A DNA stretch of 64,000 bases, taken from positions 846,389 through 910,388 of the forward strand of contig JASGIM010000002.1 in NCBI GenBank assembly GCA_047601855.1, written 5' to 3'. The number at the start of each line of letters is the position of its first letter. The stretch's first letter is position 1. The notes under the pieces are model-generated. The model did not search any database. It was not told the origin of the DNA and saw only the letters and a list, made by a program, of their open reading frames with translations. The DNA comes from Flavobacteriales bacterium (GTDB lineage Bacteria > Bacteroidota > Bacteroidia > Flavobacteriales_F > PHOS-HE28). Below, in pieces: positions 36,344 through 45,577 of this stretch. The position numbers and the translations under genes were made by a program.

Positions 36344-36355
36344 TGACGATCGTCA
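36344..36355. promoter_or_regulatory. TGAC-N4-GTCA palindrome (CTGACGATCGTCAG), 50 nt upstream of the CDO-like/kinase/regulator operon and 82 nt from divergent usp
   Basis: Read directly and anchored on ORF 36219. Confidence 0.55.
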
Positions 36356-36404
36356 GTTATCGCGCTGGGCCCCTCCGATACGTTTGGACCCCAGCGTGCC
36401 CATC

Positions 36405-36917
36405 ATGCCGGACAAGCCCATCACATCCATCCACGAACTCGTGCAGGAGCTGTTGCGGCATCGCGATCCTTCCCTGTATGCGGGTATCCTTGCGCGCTAT
36501 GCCGTGCCTGGCCAGGACCTCGAGCCCTATTTCCGCTGGAACACGCGGCATTACACCCGCACGTGCATCCAACGCAACGATGCCTTTGAACTGTTGCTGA
36601 TCTGCTACGAGCCCGGGCAGATCACCAGCATCCACGACTACGACAGCCAGATGGCCTGGATCCATCCCGTCATCGGGGAGGTGGTGGAGGAGCGGTACGC
36701 CTTGACCCCGGAGGGGGCCTTGAAGCGGGTCGGGGAACTGCACCTGCGCCCCGGCATGGACGACCGGTTCACGGACACCCACTCGATCCACCGCTTCCTG
36801 AACAGGGGGCCGGGGCGGGCCGTCACCTTGAACCTGTATGCGAAGCCCATGCGGAAGTGGCGGGTGTACAACGGGGCTGCGGGAACGTCGTCGATCGCGC
36901 AAGCGGGGCCTGCGTGA
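36405..36917 (+). CDS. Cysteine-dioxygenase-like cupin (tentative)
   Basis: Start taken at MPDKPITSIHEL, 170 aa. Cupin core LICYEPGQITSIHDYDS...WIHPVIGEVVEERY...THSIHRF resembles bacterial CDO type I, but reads HDY where CDO has HDH. Its stop overlaps the kinase start (TGATG). Confidence 0.45.
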   Translation: MPDKPITSIHELVQELLRHRDPSLYAGILARYAVPGQDLEPYFRWNTRHYTRTCIQRNDAFELLLICYEPGQITSIHDYDSQMAWIHPVIGEVVEERYALTPEGALKRVGELHLRPGMDDRFTDTHSIHRFLNRGPGRAVTLNLYAKPMRKWRVYNGAAGTSSIAQAGPA

Positions 36918-38161
36918 TGCCGCTGCCAAGGGATCGCGCTGGTTATCTTGCCCGCATGGGCACAAGCACGGGTGGTGCGTTCGGCGGCGCCGACATCGCA
37001 CGGGTCAGCGAACTCCTGTTCTCCACGGCCGCGGAAGGCCTGGTGGTGGTGGACGGCAAGGGCACCATCCTCATGCACAACCCGCGGCTCAACGCCATGT
37101 TCGGTTACAGCGAAGGGGAGCTGGTGGGCACCTCGATCGAGGAGCTGCTGCCCGACGCGGCGCGCGCGCGGCATGCCCAGCACCGTGCGGCCTATGCCCA
37201 GCGCCCGGTGCAGCGGTCCATGGGCATCGGCATGGATCTCTGGGGCAAACGCAAGGACGGAACGGTGCTGCCCGTGGAGGTGAGCCTGAACCACTTCGAG
37301 GTGGACGGCGTGCGTTACGTGATGGGCCTTGTTACCGACATCACCTTGCGGCGCAAGGTCGAAGAGGATCTGCAGCGCACCAACCAGGAACTGGAGGACC
37401 GCGTGGAGCAGCGCACCGCAGCGCTGCGCGCCGCCGAGCACAGTGTGCGCGAGGCCCTGGAAACGGAAAAGGAACTGCACGCGCTGAAAAGCCGCTTCGT
37501 GTCCATGGCGAGCCACGAGTTCCGCACCCCGCTCAGCACGATCATGAGCAGCGTGGACCTCATCGGGCGCTACACGGAAAGCGCGGCGGACGAACGCGTG
37601 GGCAAGCACGTCGCGCGCATCCGCGGAAAGGTGCGGGAGATGACGGCCATGCTCAACGAGTTCCTTTCGCTGGAGCGGATCGAGCAGGGCCTTGTTGTTT
37701 GCAGCCCGGTGGAACTGGACGTCGTACACCTCTGCATCGGGCTGCTGGAGGAGTTGCGCCCGCTCGCCAAGCCCGGCCAGGCGATCGATTACGATCACCA
37801 GGGCGAGGAGCGCAACGTGACGCTGGACCAGCAGATGTTGAACAGCGTGATCTCCAACCTGGTCACCAACGCCGTGAAATATTCCCCGGAAGGCAGGCGC
37901 ATCGAGCTGCGGACCTCCATCAGCGGCGGCCGGCTCGGCATCGTCGTGAAGGATGAAGGCATCGGGATCCCGGAGGAGGACCAGCAGCACCTGTTCCAAC
38001 GCTTCTTCCGCGGAGGCAACGCCACCACGATCCAGGGCACGGGCCTCGGGCTGAACATCGTAACGCGCTACCTCGACCTGATGAGCGGCACCATCCGCTT
38101 CACCAGCCGTCCGGGCGCGACGGTCTTCACCGTGGACCTGCCCCAACACCTGACCACATGA
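36917..38161 (+). CDS. Soluble PAS sensor histidine kinase with FixL-like (heme-type) PAS domain
   Basis: No TM helix. PAS core LLPDAARARHAQHRAAY...MGIGMDLWGKRKDGTVLPVEVSL. Coiled linker. H-box MASHEFRTPLS. N and G boxes (NLVTNAVKYS, GTGLGLNIV). Confidence 0.8.
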   Translation: MPLPRDRAGYLARMGTSTGGAFGGADIARVSELLFSTAAEGLVVVDGKGTILMHNPRLNAMFGYSEGELVGTSIEELLPDAARARHAQHRAAYAQRPVQRSMGIGMDLWGKRKDGTVLPVEVSLNHFEVDGVRYVMGLVTDITLRRKVEEDLQRTNQELEDRVEQRTAALRAAEHSVREALETEKELHALKSRFVSMASHEFRTPLSTIMSSVDLIGRYTESAADERVGKHVARIRGKVREMTAMLNEFLSLERIEQGLVVCSPVELDVVHLCIGLLEELRPLAKPGQAIDYDHQGEERNVTLDQQMLNSVISNLVTNAVKYSPEGRRIELRTSISGGRLGIVVKDEGIGIPEEDQQHLFQRFFRGGNATTIQGTGLGLNIVTRYLDLMSGTIRFTSRPGATVFTVDLPQHLTT

Positions 38162-39219
38162 GGACGATCCTGCTCATCGAGGACGACGCTGACATGCGTG
38201 AGAACACCGCCGAGATCCTCGAGCTTGCGGACTACCGCGTGCTGAAGGCGGAGAACGGCCGGCGGGGCGTGGAGATCGCCCGCAAGGAAGTGCCGGACCT
38301 GGTGCTTTGCGACATCATGATGCCCGAGCTCGACGGCTACAGCGTGCTGCACCTGCTCAGCCGGAACCCGGCCACCGCCGAGGTCCCCTTCATCTTCCTC
38401 AGCGCGAAGGCCGAGCGCGGCGACGTGCGCAAAGGCATGGAGCTCGGCGCGGACGATTACCTCACCAAGCCCTTCGAGGAGAGCGAACTGCTCAACGCCA
38501 TCGAGGGCCGCCTGAAACGCAGCGAGCTTTTCCGCAAAGGGTTCAACAACGGGTTCGATGGGCTGAACAAGTTCATGGACCAGGCCCGCGGACTGGAGAC
38601 GCTGAAGGACATCGGCCGCGACCGCAAGACGCGGAAGGTGGCCAAGAAGGGGACGCTCTTCCACGAAGGCGATGAGCTGCGCCACGTGCCCTACCTGGTG
38701 AGCGGCAAGGTGCGGACCTACAAGGTCAACAACGACGACAAGGAGTTCGTGACCGGCCTGCACAGCGCAGGCGATTTCATCGGCTACATGGGCCTCCTCG
38801 AGGATGGCCATGCGATGGAAACGGCCGAGGCACTGGAGGATTGCGAGGTGGCCCTTGTGCCGCGCGAGGACCTGCTTGCGCTGCTCTACCGCGATCGCGA
38901 CGTGAGCATCCGCTTCATCAAGATGCTGGCGCGCGACGTGAAGGAGAAGGAGCAGCACCTGTTGCACCTGGCATACGCCAGCGTGCGGCAGCGCGTGGCG
39001 CAATCACTGCTGCGGGTGCATGAGCGCTATGCGAAGGCGCAGTCCGCGGACCTCGGCGTGCGCATCAGCCGCGATGACCTCGCGAGCATCGTGGGCACCG
39101 CCACCGAGTCGCTGATCCGCTGCCTCACGGACCTGAAGGAGGACGGCCTCATCGATACGCAGGGCCGCGAGATCCGCATCGTGGACAAGGCCCGGCTGGA
39201 GCGCCTGGCGAACGGCTGA
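38158..39219 (+). CDS. Hybrid response regulator: REC + cNMP-binding + Crp/Fnr-type HTH
   Basis: 353 aa. Receiver with DLVLCDIMMPELDG and LTKPF. Crp effector domain (GTLFHEGDELRHVPYLVSGKVRTY). C-terminal HTH ISRDDLASIVGTATESLIRCLTDL. ATGA overlap with the kinase stop. Confidence 0.8.
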   Translation: MRTILLIEDDADMRENTAEILELADYRVLKAENGRRGVEIARKEVPDLVLCDIMMPELDGYSVLHLLSRNPATAEVPFIFLSAKAERGDVRKGMELGADDYLTKPFEESELLNAIEGRLKRSELFRKGFNNGFDGLNKFMDQARGLETLKDIGRDRKTRKVAKKGTLFHEGDELRHVPYLVSGKVRTYKVNNDDKEFVTGLHSAGDFIGYMGLLEDGHAMETAEALEDCEVALVPREDLLALLYRDRDVSIRFIKMLARDVKEKEQHLLHLAYASVRQRVAQSLLRVHERYAKAQSADLGVRISRDDLASIVGTATESLIRCLTDLKEDGLIDTQGREIRIVDKARLERLANG

Positions 39220-39273
39220 CTCGATCGCAACGGCTGCCGGCAGGCAGCGGGATGATCCACCTTCACCCCATCC

Positions 39274-40005
39274 ATGCTCCCCTTCTTCCTTCTGCTGCTG
39301 GCCGCTGAGATTATCGGCACCATCGGCGGCTTCGGCTCCTCCATGCTGGTGATGCCGCTCGCCGGGTGGTTCCTGCCTTTCGACCAGGCGTTGGGCCTCA
39401 CCGCCGTGTTCCACGTGTTCAGCAACGCGGCGAAGATGCTGCTGTTCCGCACGGGCGTGTCGCGGCGCCTGTTGCTGTGGCTGGGCATCCCCGCGATCGC
39501 CGGGGTGATCGTCGGGGCGCGGCTCACCGTGCATCTGGATGAACGCGTGCTCTCCGTGGTGCTGGGCCTGTTGCTGGTGGTGCTTGGCGCCCTGCTGCTG
39601 TGGAAGAACGAATGGCACCTGCGCGCGACCAATGCGAACGCGGCTGCCGGTGGCACGCTCAGCGGGCTGATCGCGGGCCTCGCCGGCACGGGCGGCGCCA
39701 TCCGTGGCATCACGCTGGCGGCCTTCGATCTGGAAAAGGTGGCGTTCGTGAGCACCAGCGCGTGGATCGACATGGGCGTGGACCTGAGCCGCAGCATCGT
39801 GTATGCCGCGCAGGGCTTTGTCACGCCCCAGGTATTGGCCTACCTGCCCGCCATGGCCGTGGCCAGTTTCGGCGGCAGCTGGATCGGTCGCAAGCTGCTC
39901 CTGCGGATCCCGCAGCAGATGTTCCGCCGCATCGTGCTGGTGCTGGTGGTCCTCATGGGGATGATCGTCCTGTTCCAGGGGTGGTCCTCCTTTCGGGCAA
40001 CGTGA
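39274..40005 (+). CDS. Sulfite exporter TauE/SafE family membrane protein
   Basis: 243 aa with about seven TM helices and the internal duplication typical of TauE (GTIGGFGSSMLVMPL ... GLAGTGGAIRGITL). Confidence 0.75.
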   Translation: MLPFFLLLLAAEIIGTIGGFGSSMLVMPLAGWFLPFDQALGLTAVFHVFSNAAKMLLFRTGVSRRLLLWLGIPAIAGVIVGARLTVHLDERVLSVVLGLLLVVLGALLLWKNEWHLRATNANAAAGGTLSGLIAGLAGTGGAIRGITLAAFDLEKVAFVSTSAWIDMGVDLSRSIVYAAQGFVTPQVLAYLPAMAVASFGGSWIGRKLLLRIPQQMFRRIVLVLVVLMGMIVLFQGWSSFRAT

Positions 40006-40137
40006 GGGGGCTGTGCCTTAGCATGATGGAAGGGGTTCGATCAGATGATCAGAAAATGAGAGGATCAGATGATGGACGCATGCGGGCGTTGTATATTTCA
40101 CCGTATTGGATCCCATAGCATAACCACTCCTATCCCC

Positions 40138-41487
40138 ATGCAACGGACACTCTCACAACGAACACTCTCCGCCTTCCTCGCGATCATCGCTTCCCTGCTT
40201 CTGCAAGCCCAGCCGCCTAATGTGCCGTGGACGGCGCTGGGTGGTGGCACGGACAAGAAGGTGCAGGCCTTGTTGCGCTTATCCAACGGCGACCTGCTGG
40301 TGGCGGGTCAGTTCACCATCGCGGGCGGTGCGGCCCACAGCCGCGTGGCGCGCTGGGACGGCGCCACCTATACGGCGCTGCCGGGGTTCCCGGAGCAGTT
40401 CGAGATCAGCAGCGCGGCTGAACTGAACGGTATCGTTTACGTGGGGGGCAAACCGACCTTCCAATCACCCTATAAGGACCTCATGAAGTGGGACGGCAGC
40501 GCATGGACGGGAGAGGACGTGTTCCGTGGCAAGAACCCCCTGAGCGGTATCCAAGCCCTTTTCGTGCATGATGGCATGCTTTACGCCAGCGGTGATATCA
40601 CTGGCATCGTGGGCACCGACTACGATGTGCTGCGCCTGAACGGGGCATCTTGGGAACTGGTGGGCGGGCCGATGAACCATTACATCCGGTGCATCGGCTA
40701 CTTCGATGGGCACTTGGTGTGCGCAGGCGAATTCACCAGCAGATACCTCTCCACCGCAAACGAGATCCAGCACGTGACTTATCTCGACGGCAATACCTGG
40801 GTCCAATTGGGCGATGGCCTCGATGGCACGGTATACGACCTGCTGGTAGAGGGCAACACCCTGTATGCCACCGGGGACATGCTGACCCCGACGGATGCCT
40901 ATTTCGGCCTGGCGCGCATCACCCCGGATGCCACCACCTGGGAGCAACTGATGCCGAACATCAGGGATTATGTCCGCACGCCGGTGAGCGGCATGATGTC
41001 AGGGCAGTCCATGGTGGCGCACAATGGTGAGCTCTACATCGGCGGAGAGTTCCTCATCGGTGGTGCGACGGTGGGCCGCGGCGTGGCCGTGTTCCACGGT
41101 GCGCCGGATGAGGTGGAGGCCTACTGCGATTTCGGAGGCCCGGTGCAGGCCCTTGCGCTGATCAACGATCACGAGCTGGTGATCGGCGGCACATCCAGCC
41201 GCTACCAGCACATCGCCAGCACGGACCTGCTCGCCAACGGCATCACCGATCCCGCTGCGCGAGCATCCTTCACCGTATCGCCGAACCCCACCACGGGTCT
41301 TCTCCTGGTGGAGCATGCCACCGCGTCCACGGCCCATGTGCTGGACATGGCGGGGCGCGTGGTGCTGGCGATACCGTTGCACAAGGGGACGAACACCGTG
41401 GATGTGCGCACGCTCACCGACGGCTGCTACCTGCTGCGCATGGCGGACGGCGACGCGGTGCGCATGGCGCGGTTCGTCAAACAGTAG
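40138..41487 (+). CDS. Secreted repeat (beta-propeller-like) protein with T9SS type A C-terminal sorting domain
   Basis: Start taken at MQRTLSQRTLSAFLAIIASLLLQAQ (signal peptide). Recurring G-x-F/V-x-x-AGG-type blades. C-terminus VSPNPTTGLLLVEH...GCYLLRMADGDAVRMARFVKQ matches the Por_Secre_tail pattern. Confidence 0.7.
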   Translation: MQRTLSQRTLSAFLAIIASLLLQAQPPNVPWTALGGGTDKKVQALLRLSNGDLLVAGQFTIAGGAAHSRVARWDGATYTALPGFPEQFEISSAAELNGIVYVGGKPTFQSPYKDLMKWDGSAWTGEDVFRGKNPLSGIQALFVHDGMLYASGDITGIVGTDYDVLRLNGASWELVGGPMNHYIRCIGYFDGHLVCAGEFTSRYLSTANEIQHVTYLDGNTWVQLGDGLDGTVYDLLVEGNTLYATGDMLTPTDAYFGLARITPDATTWEQLMPNIRDYVRTPVSGMMSGQSMVAHNGELYIGGEFLIGGATVGRGVAVFHGAPDEVEAYCDFGGPVQALALINDHELVIGGTSSRYQHIASTDLLANGITDPAARASFTVSPNPTTGLLLVEHATASTAHVLDMAGRVVLAIPLHKGTNTVDVRTLTDGCYLLRMADGDAVRMARFVKQ

Positions 41488-41527
41488 ACCTCTTTCGTGA
41501 TCCGTCCCGATGCCCATCGCGCAATGC

Positions 41528-41563
41528 CCCGGTGAGCTTGCCCGGTCCGGCAGGCTCACCGGG
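41528..41563. terminator. Hairpin between convergent T9SS cargo and TonB receptor genes (candidate bidirectional terminator)
   Basis: 10-bp stem CCCGGTGAGC/GCTCACCGGG with a 16-nt loop. No clear U-tract. Confidence 0.45.
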
Positions 41564-41598
41564 ACACTTCTGGGGAGTTATGAAGAGTGTCCATGCCT

Positions 41599-43795
41599 TC
41601 ATCCGAACCGGAACAGCAGGCTCAGGTTGATCACGCGGCCATCGATCGGTGCCCACAGCGGCGCGAACACCGGCCGCGACGATGTTCCGGATACGATGTC
41701 CTCCCAGCGGGTCTGCCGCGTGTCGGTGATGTTCTCTCCGTTCAAGGCCAGGGTCCATCGGCCATTGGCGTAGCTCACCATGGCGGCCATGAACGGTTGG
41801 GCGCGTGTGAGCGAGCCGTCGGTGCGCGCCTGGCGTCCGCTCCAGGAGGCCTCGACGCCCGCACGCCAATGTTCCCCGAACTCCCGGCTGAGCGTCATCG
41901 CCGCGCGGTGTTTCGGGGTGTAGGCCACGATGGAAGTGTTGCCGCCCGCGCGCAGTTCCGGCAAGGTATAGGTGTAGCCGAGGTAGAGCTCGGCATGGCC
42001 ATGCTTGAGGCGCACGTAGTTGTCGATGCCGCGCGTGAGCATGGTGCCACGGGCGTTGGACAGGATGGCCGTGCCGCTCCCGTCCATCGTTACCGCGAGC
42101 GGATGATCGATGTGCGTGGCGAAGAAGGTCTGGTCCACGAAGAGGAACGTGTGTTCGCCAAGGGCTTTCTTCCACGTCCATTCCACCGTGCCGCCGGTGG
42201 AGCTTTCCGGCTTCGTGCCGGGCGCCAGGCCGCTGGCGATGACGCCTTCGGTGACCAGGCCGTAGTTGCGTGAACGGTCCGGCAGTTGGTAGCCGGTGCC
42301 GGCATTGGCGCGCAGCGTGACGGTGGAGCTCAGCTTGTACATCGCCGCGATGGAGGGGAGCACCTGCGGGTCGTAGCCTCGGGGCTGGTCCACGCGCAGG
42401 CCGATGTCGATCTCCGGCCAGCGCTTGCGGTGCAACGCCAGTTGCGCGAACGCACCAACGGTCGACAGGTCCTGTGCCCGCATGCCGTCACCGTTCATCC
42501 GGCTGCCTACGTAGCTGCCTCCGAACACCCACGTGCGGCGCGCGGACGATTGGCTCCAGTAGGCTTCGGCGTACCGGTTCGTTTGTTCGCGCTGCACGCG
42601 GCCGAGGTTGGTGCGGTCGTGCTGCGCGTAGTCGTTCAGCGTTCCCTTCGCCACCAGTTTGGAGGTGCTGTCCAGCGTGGCCTCGTAGCGCAGGTCGATG
42701 CCTTTGCGTTCGCCGGTGGTGCGCAGGAAATAGCGCGCGGTATCGGCGGGCGCGCCGAGCGCGTCCATCCGGCCGCCGGTGCGTTCATCGTGCTGGTAGA
42801 GGCCGCCGATGCGCAGTTCGCTTTTCGCTCCGGGCCTGATGAACACCTGCGGGTGGAGCACGTTCGTGCGGATGGTGCCGAGGTCGGAATACCCGTCCTT
42901 GTTCACGTCCACCGCGTCCTGCAGGGTGCTGCCGCCGAACAAGGTGAACCCGGTCTTGCCGATGGGACCGCTCGCGTAGATGTTCACGTTCGTTTCGCCG
43001 AGCGAGGCGCGGTTCAGCAGCACCAGCCCGCTCAGGCTGTCCGTGGGGGCCTTGCTCACGAAGTTGATGGCGCCGGCGATGGCCCCACCGCCATTGAAGG
43101 TGGAGGAGGGCCCCTTCAGCAGTTCCACCCGTTGCAGGTCCAACGGCGGGATCCGCAGCAGGTCGAAGCCGCCGCTCAGGCCGCCGAACGCGGGCATGCC
43201 GTCGCGCAGGAGCAGGGTGTACCGGCCGTCCAGCCCTTGCATGCGCACCGTGCTGGCGCCGCTCACGGCGCTGGTCTGCTGGATCTTGCACACTGCTGAT
43301 GTCGCCGATCATGCTGGCGATGTTGCCGGGCTTCAGGGAGCTTTCCTCCTGCAGTTCCTCTTCGCCCAGCACTTCGATCTTCTGCGGCGCATCGTCGATG
43401 CGGCTATTGGTGCGCGTGGCGCTCACCACCACTTCGCCCAGCTCCCCGCCTTCACCGGCAGGCCGCAGGGTGAGCAACGTGTCCGGGCCGGGCAACCGGA
43501 TGGTGCGCTCCAACGCGCGATAACCCATCCCCACCAGGCGAAGCCGGTGTTCCCCATCCGGCACCTGCCGGATGACGATCCGTCCATCCAGGTCCGAAGT
43601 GCCGCTGCGGGCGGTCCCCACCACGAGCGCGCTGGCGCCGATCACCGGTTCGGCGGTGGTGCTGTCGAGCACCAGCAGATGCACGGTGTTCTGGGCGCCT
43701 GCGGAGAGCGCGCACGCGAGCAGCGGCCCGCAGAGGACCGTTCGCCACCATCCCCTGCGGGCTCCGCCTGCTCCTTCAATCCTCATCCCCGCCAT
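41599..43795 (-). pseudogene. TonB-dependent receptor with CarboxypepD_reg-like N-domain, frame broken near 43285-43291 (frameshift or assembly indel)
   Basis: ORF 42785..43795 reads signal peptide, Ig-like domain and plug start up to ...NIASMIGDISSVQ. The +1 frame (ORF 41599..43293) continues IQQTSAVSGASTVRMQGLDGRYTLLLRDG... through the barrel to a C-terminal aromatic. One extra nt in AGTGTGCAAGATCC. Confidence 0.75.
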
Positions 43796-44237
43796 CCTTC
43801 CCGTTCTCCGTCCTGCTCCGGATCAGTGTGCCGCTGGGGGAGAAGACCACTTCCATCTCCTCGCCCCCTTTCTTCAATTCCACTTCGTACGCGGTGCCCG
43901 TGGGCAGGTCCGCTTGTTCGGCCTCCTTCACTTTGTGGCCGGCGTAGTTCGTGGCGATGGCGTTCTGCACGGCCGCCGGGAGGTCCTCCTGCTTGATCGT
44001 GTGTTCGGTCCCGCGCCATTCACCCGTGGGGGTGAACACGGCGGACCAGTGGATGCCGTCTTGGGAGAAGTTCGCTTCAAGGTCCTTTCCATCCTCCAGT
44101 TCCCACTTCACCGCCTGGGCGTTGGGGAACTGCTTTTGGAAGGCGGCCTTCACCGCCGCAGGCACATCGGGTGTCCCGACATGTTGCCCGCAGGCGCTGA
44201 GCGCGAGCAGGAAGAGGGATGACAGTGCGTATCGCAT
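43776..44237 (-). CDS. PepSY-like (putative beta-lactamase-inhibitor-like) lipoprotein
   Basis: Start taken at MRYALSSLFLLALSACG. Two PepSY-like halves (VPAAVKAAFQKQFPNAQAVKWE; LPAAVQNAIATNYAGHKVKEAE). Commonly paired with a TonB receptor and a two-component system. Confidence 0.6.
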   Translation of the reverse strand: MRYALSSLFLLALSACGQHVGTPDVPAAVKAAFQKQFPNAQAVKWELEDGKDLEANFSQDGIHWSAVFTPTGEWRGTEHTIKQEDLPAAVQNAIATNYAGHKVKEAEQADLPTGTAYEVELKKGGEEMEVVFSPSGTLIRSRTENGKDGGDED

Positions 44238-44320
44238 GGATCGGGCGCCGTAGCCCGGCGCAGGCATTGGTGTGTCAGCAAAGCGAACACCCGATCCTGT
44301 GCGCAACCTGGATCGCTGCG

Positions 44321-45577
44321 CTAGTCTTCGTTCACCACCAACGTATGCAGGCCGCCGGCGTACTTGTAGGTCAGCTGCAACCCCGCACCGTCGGCGATCT
44401 CCTTCACCAGGCTGAGGCCGAGCCCTGTGGATGGGCTGGATGGATCGTTCTTGACGAAACGTCCGAACAATTGCTCCGGTTCCACGGACAGCGCAGGGCC
44501 GGTGTTGGTGATCGTGAACCCCTTCGCCCGCACCACCACCTCGATCGATCCGGAAGGGATGTTGTGCTGCACGGCGTTGCGCAGCAGGTTGCCCACGAGC
44601 ACGTCCGCGAGCAGCGGGTGCAATTGGATCCGGCAGGGCTCTTCGGTGCGGATCGTGGTCCGTAGCTGCTTCTCTTCGATCAGGTCCGCGAGGAGCGTGC
44701 GTTGTTCCTCGAAGAGCGCGGTCCAGTCGATAGGGCCTGGAACGAACCGCTGGTTGCCGATGCGCGCGAGCAGGAGCATGTCCGCCACCGTGCGCCCCAT
44801 CCGTTCGCGGGCCCGCAGGAGGCCGTGGATCAGCACCGCTTCACGCTCGCCCATGGCGGGGGATTGGATCAGCTGGTCCAGCCGGCCCTGCATCACCGCC
44901 AGCGGGGTCTGCAGTTCGTGCGCGGCCTGTTCGGTGAACCGCTTCTGCGCGGTGAAGTCGGCGCGCATCTTGGCCATCAAGCGGTCGAGCGTCCGGTTCA
45001 TCGCGGTGAACTCACGGACGTCCGTGGCGGGCAGCGGCGCAGGCGGCGGCCCATCGATGCGGAAGCGCTCGAGCTCCCCCAACGTATCATGGAAGGGCCG
45101 CCAGAGCCTGCGCGCCAGCCACCGGCCCACCAGCACGTTGCCCAGCACCACCAGCACGAGCAGCGCCGTCATGCTCAGGGCGATGCCCGAGACCAGGTCC
45201 TCCGTTTCCAGCAGCAGGCGCCCCACGGTGATGGTGCATGGCGATCCATCAGGGAAGCGGGCCGCGAACCGGCCGATGCGCCAGGGCATCGCGTCGCCGT
45301 TGTCCTCGGGATCGGGCATCACGGTGTCCTTCAGCAGTTCCGTTGGCCCGGCGGCGCCGGGAGCGACCTGGATGAAGAAGCTGGAGATGCCGGTGGGGAA
45401 GGAGCGCTGCCCGCCGAGCACTTCCCGCGCGACCTGTTCCGCTTGGAACGAGAGCTGCTCGTCCGCTTCCTCGGTGACCACGGCGCGCACCAGCCAGTAG
45501 CCGATGGCCGTGCCGATGAGCACCATGGGCACGGCGAGCGCCAGGTTGTAGAGGAACGAGCGTTGCAGCAGGTTCAT
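44321..45577 (-). CDS. Membrane sensor histidine kinase (HAMP + HisKA + HATPase)
   Basis: Start taken at MNLLQRSFLYNLALAVPMVLIG (ATGA overlap with the regulator stop). Two TM helices. H-box AAHELQTPLA. N box LLRNAVQHN. G box GLGLSLVKEI. Confidence 0.8.
   Translation of the reverse strand: MNLLQRSFLYNLALAVPMVLIGTAIGYWLVRAVVTEEADEQLSFQAEQVAREVLGGQRSFPTGISSFFIQVAPGAAGPTELLKDTVMPDPEDNGDAMPWRIGRFAARFPDGSPCTITVGRLLLETEDLVSGIALSMTALLVLVVLGNVLVGRWLARRLWRPFHDTLGELERFRIDGPPPAPLPATDVREFTAMNRTLDRLMAKMRADFTAQKRFTEQAAHELQTPLAVMQGRLDQLIQSPAMGEREAVLIHGLLRARERMGRTVADMLLLARIGNQRFVPGPIDWTALFEEQRTLLADLIEEKQLRTTIRTEEPCRIQLHPLLADVLVGNLLRNAVQHNIPSGSIEVVVRAKGFTITNTGPALSVEPEQLFGRFVKNDPSSPSTGLGLSLVKEIADGAGLQLTYKYAGGLHTLVVNED

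Noticed and set aside
40025-40075. GGTTCGATC T-loop-like string and an 11-mer direct repeat GATCAGATGAT (about 40039-40049 and 40063-40073) in an AT-richer spacer. I considered a tRNA or tRNA fragment, or a regulatory repeat.
   Set aside because: No acceptor, D or anticodon arms can be drawn around the T-loop-like string. The direct repeat occurs only twice, with no partner elsewhere in the window.
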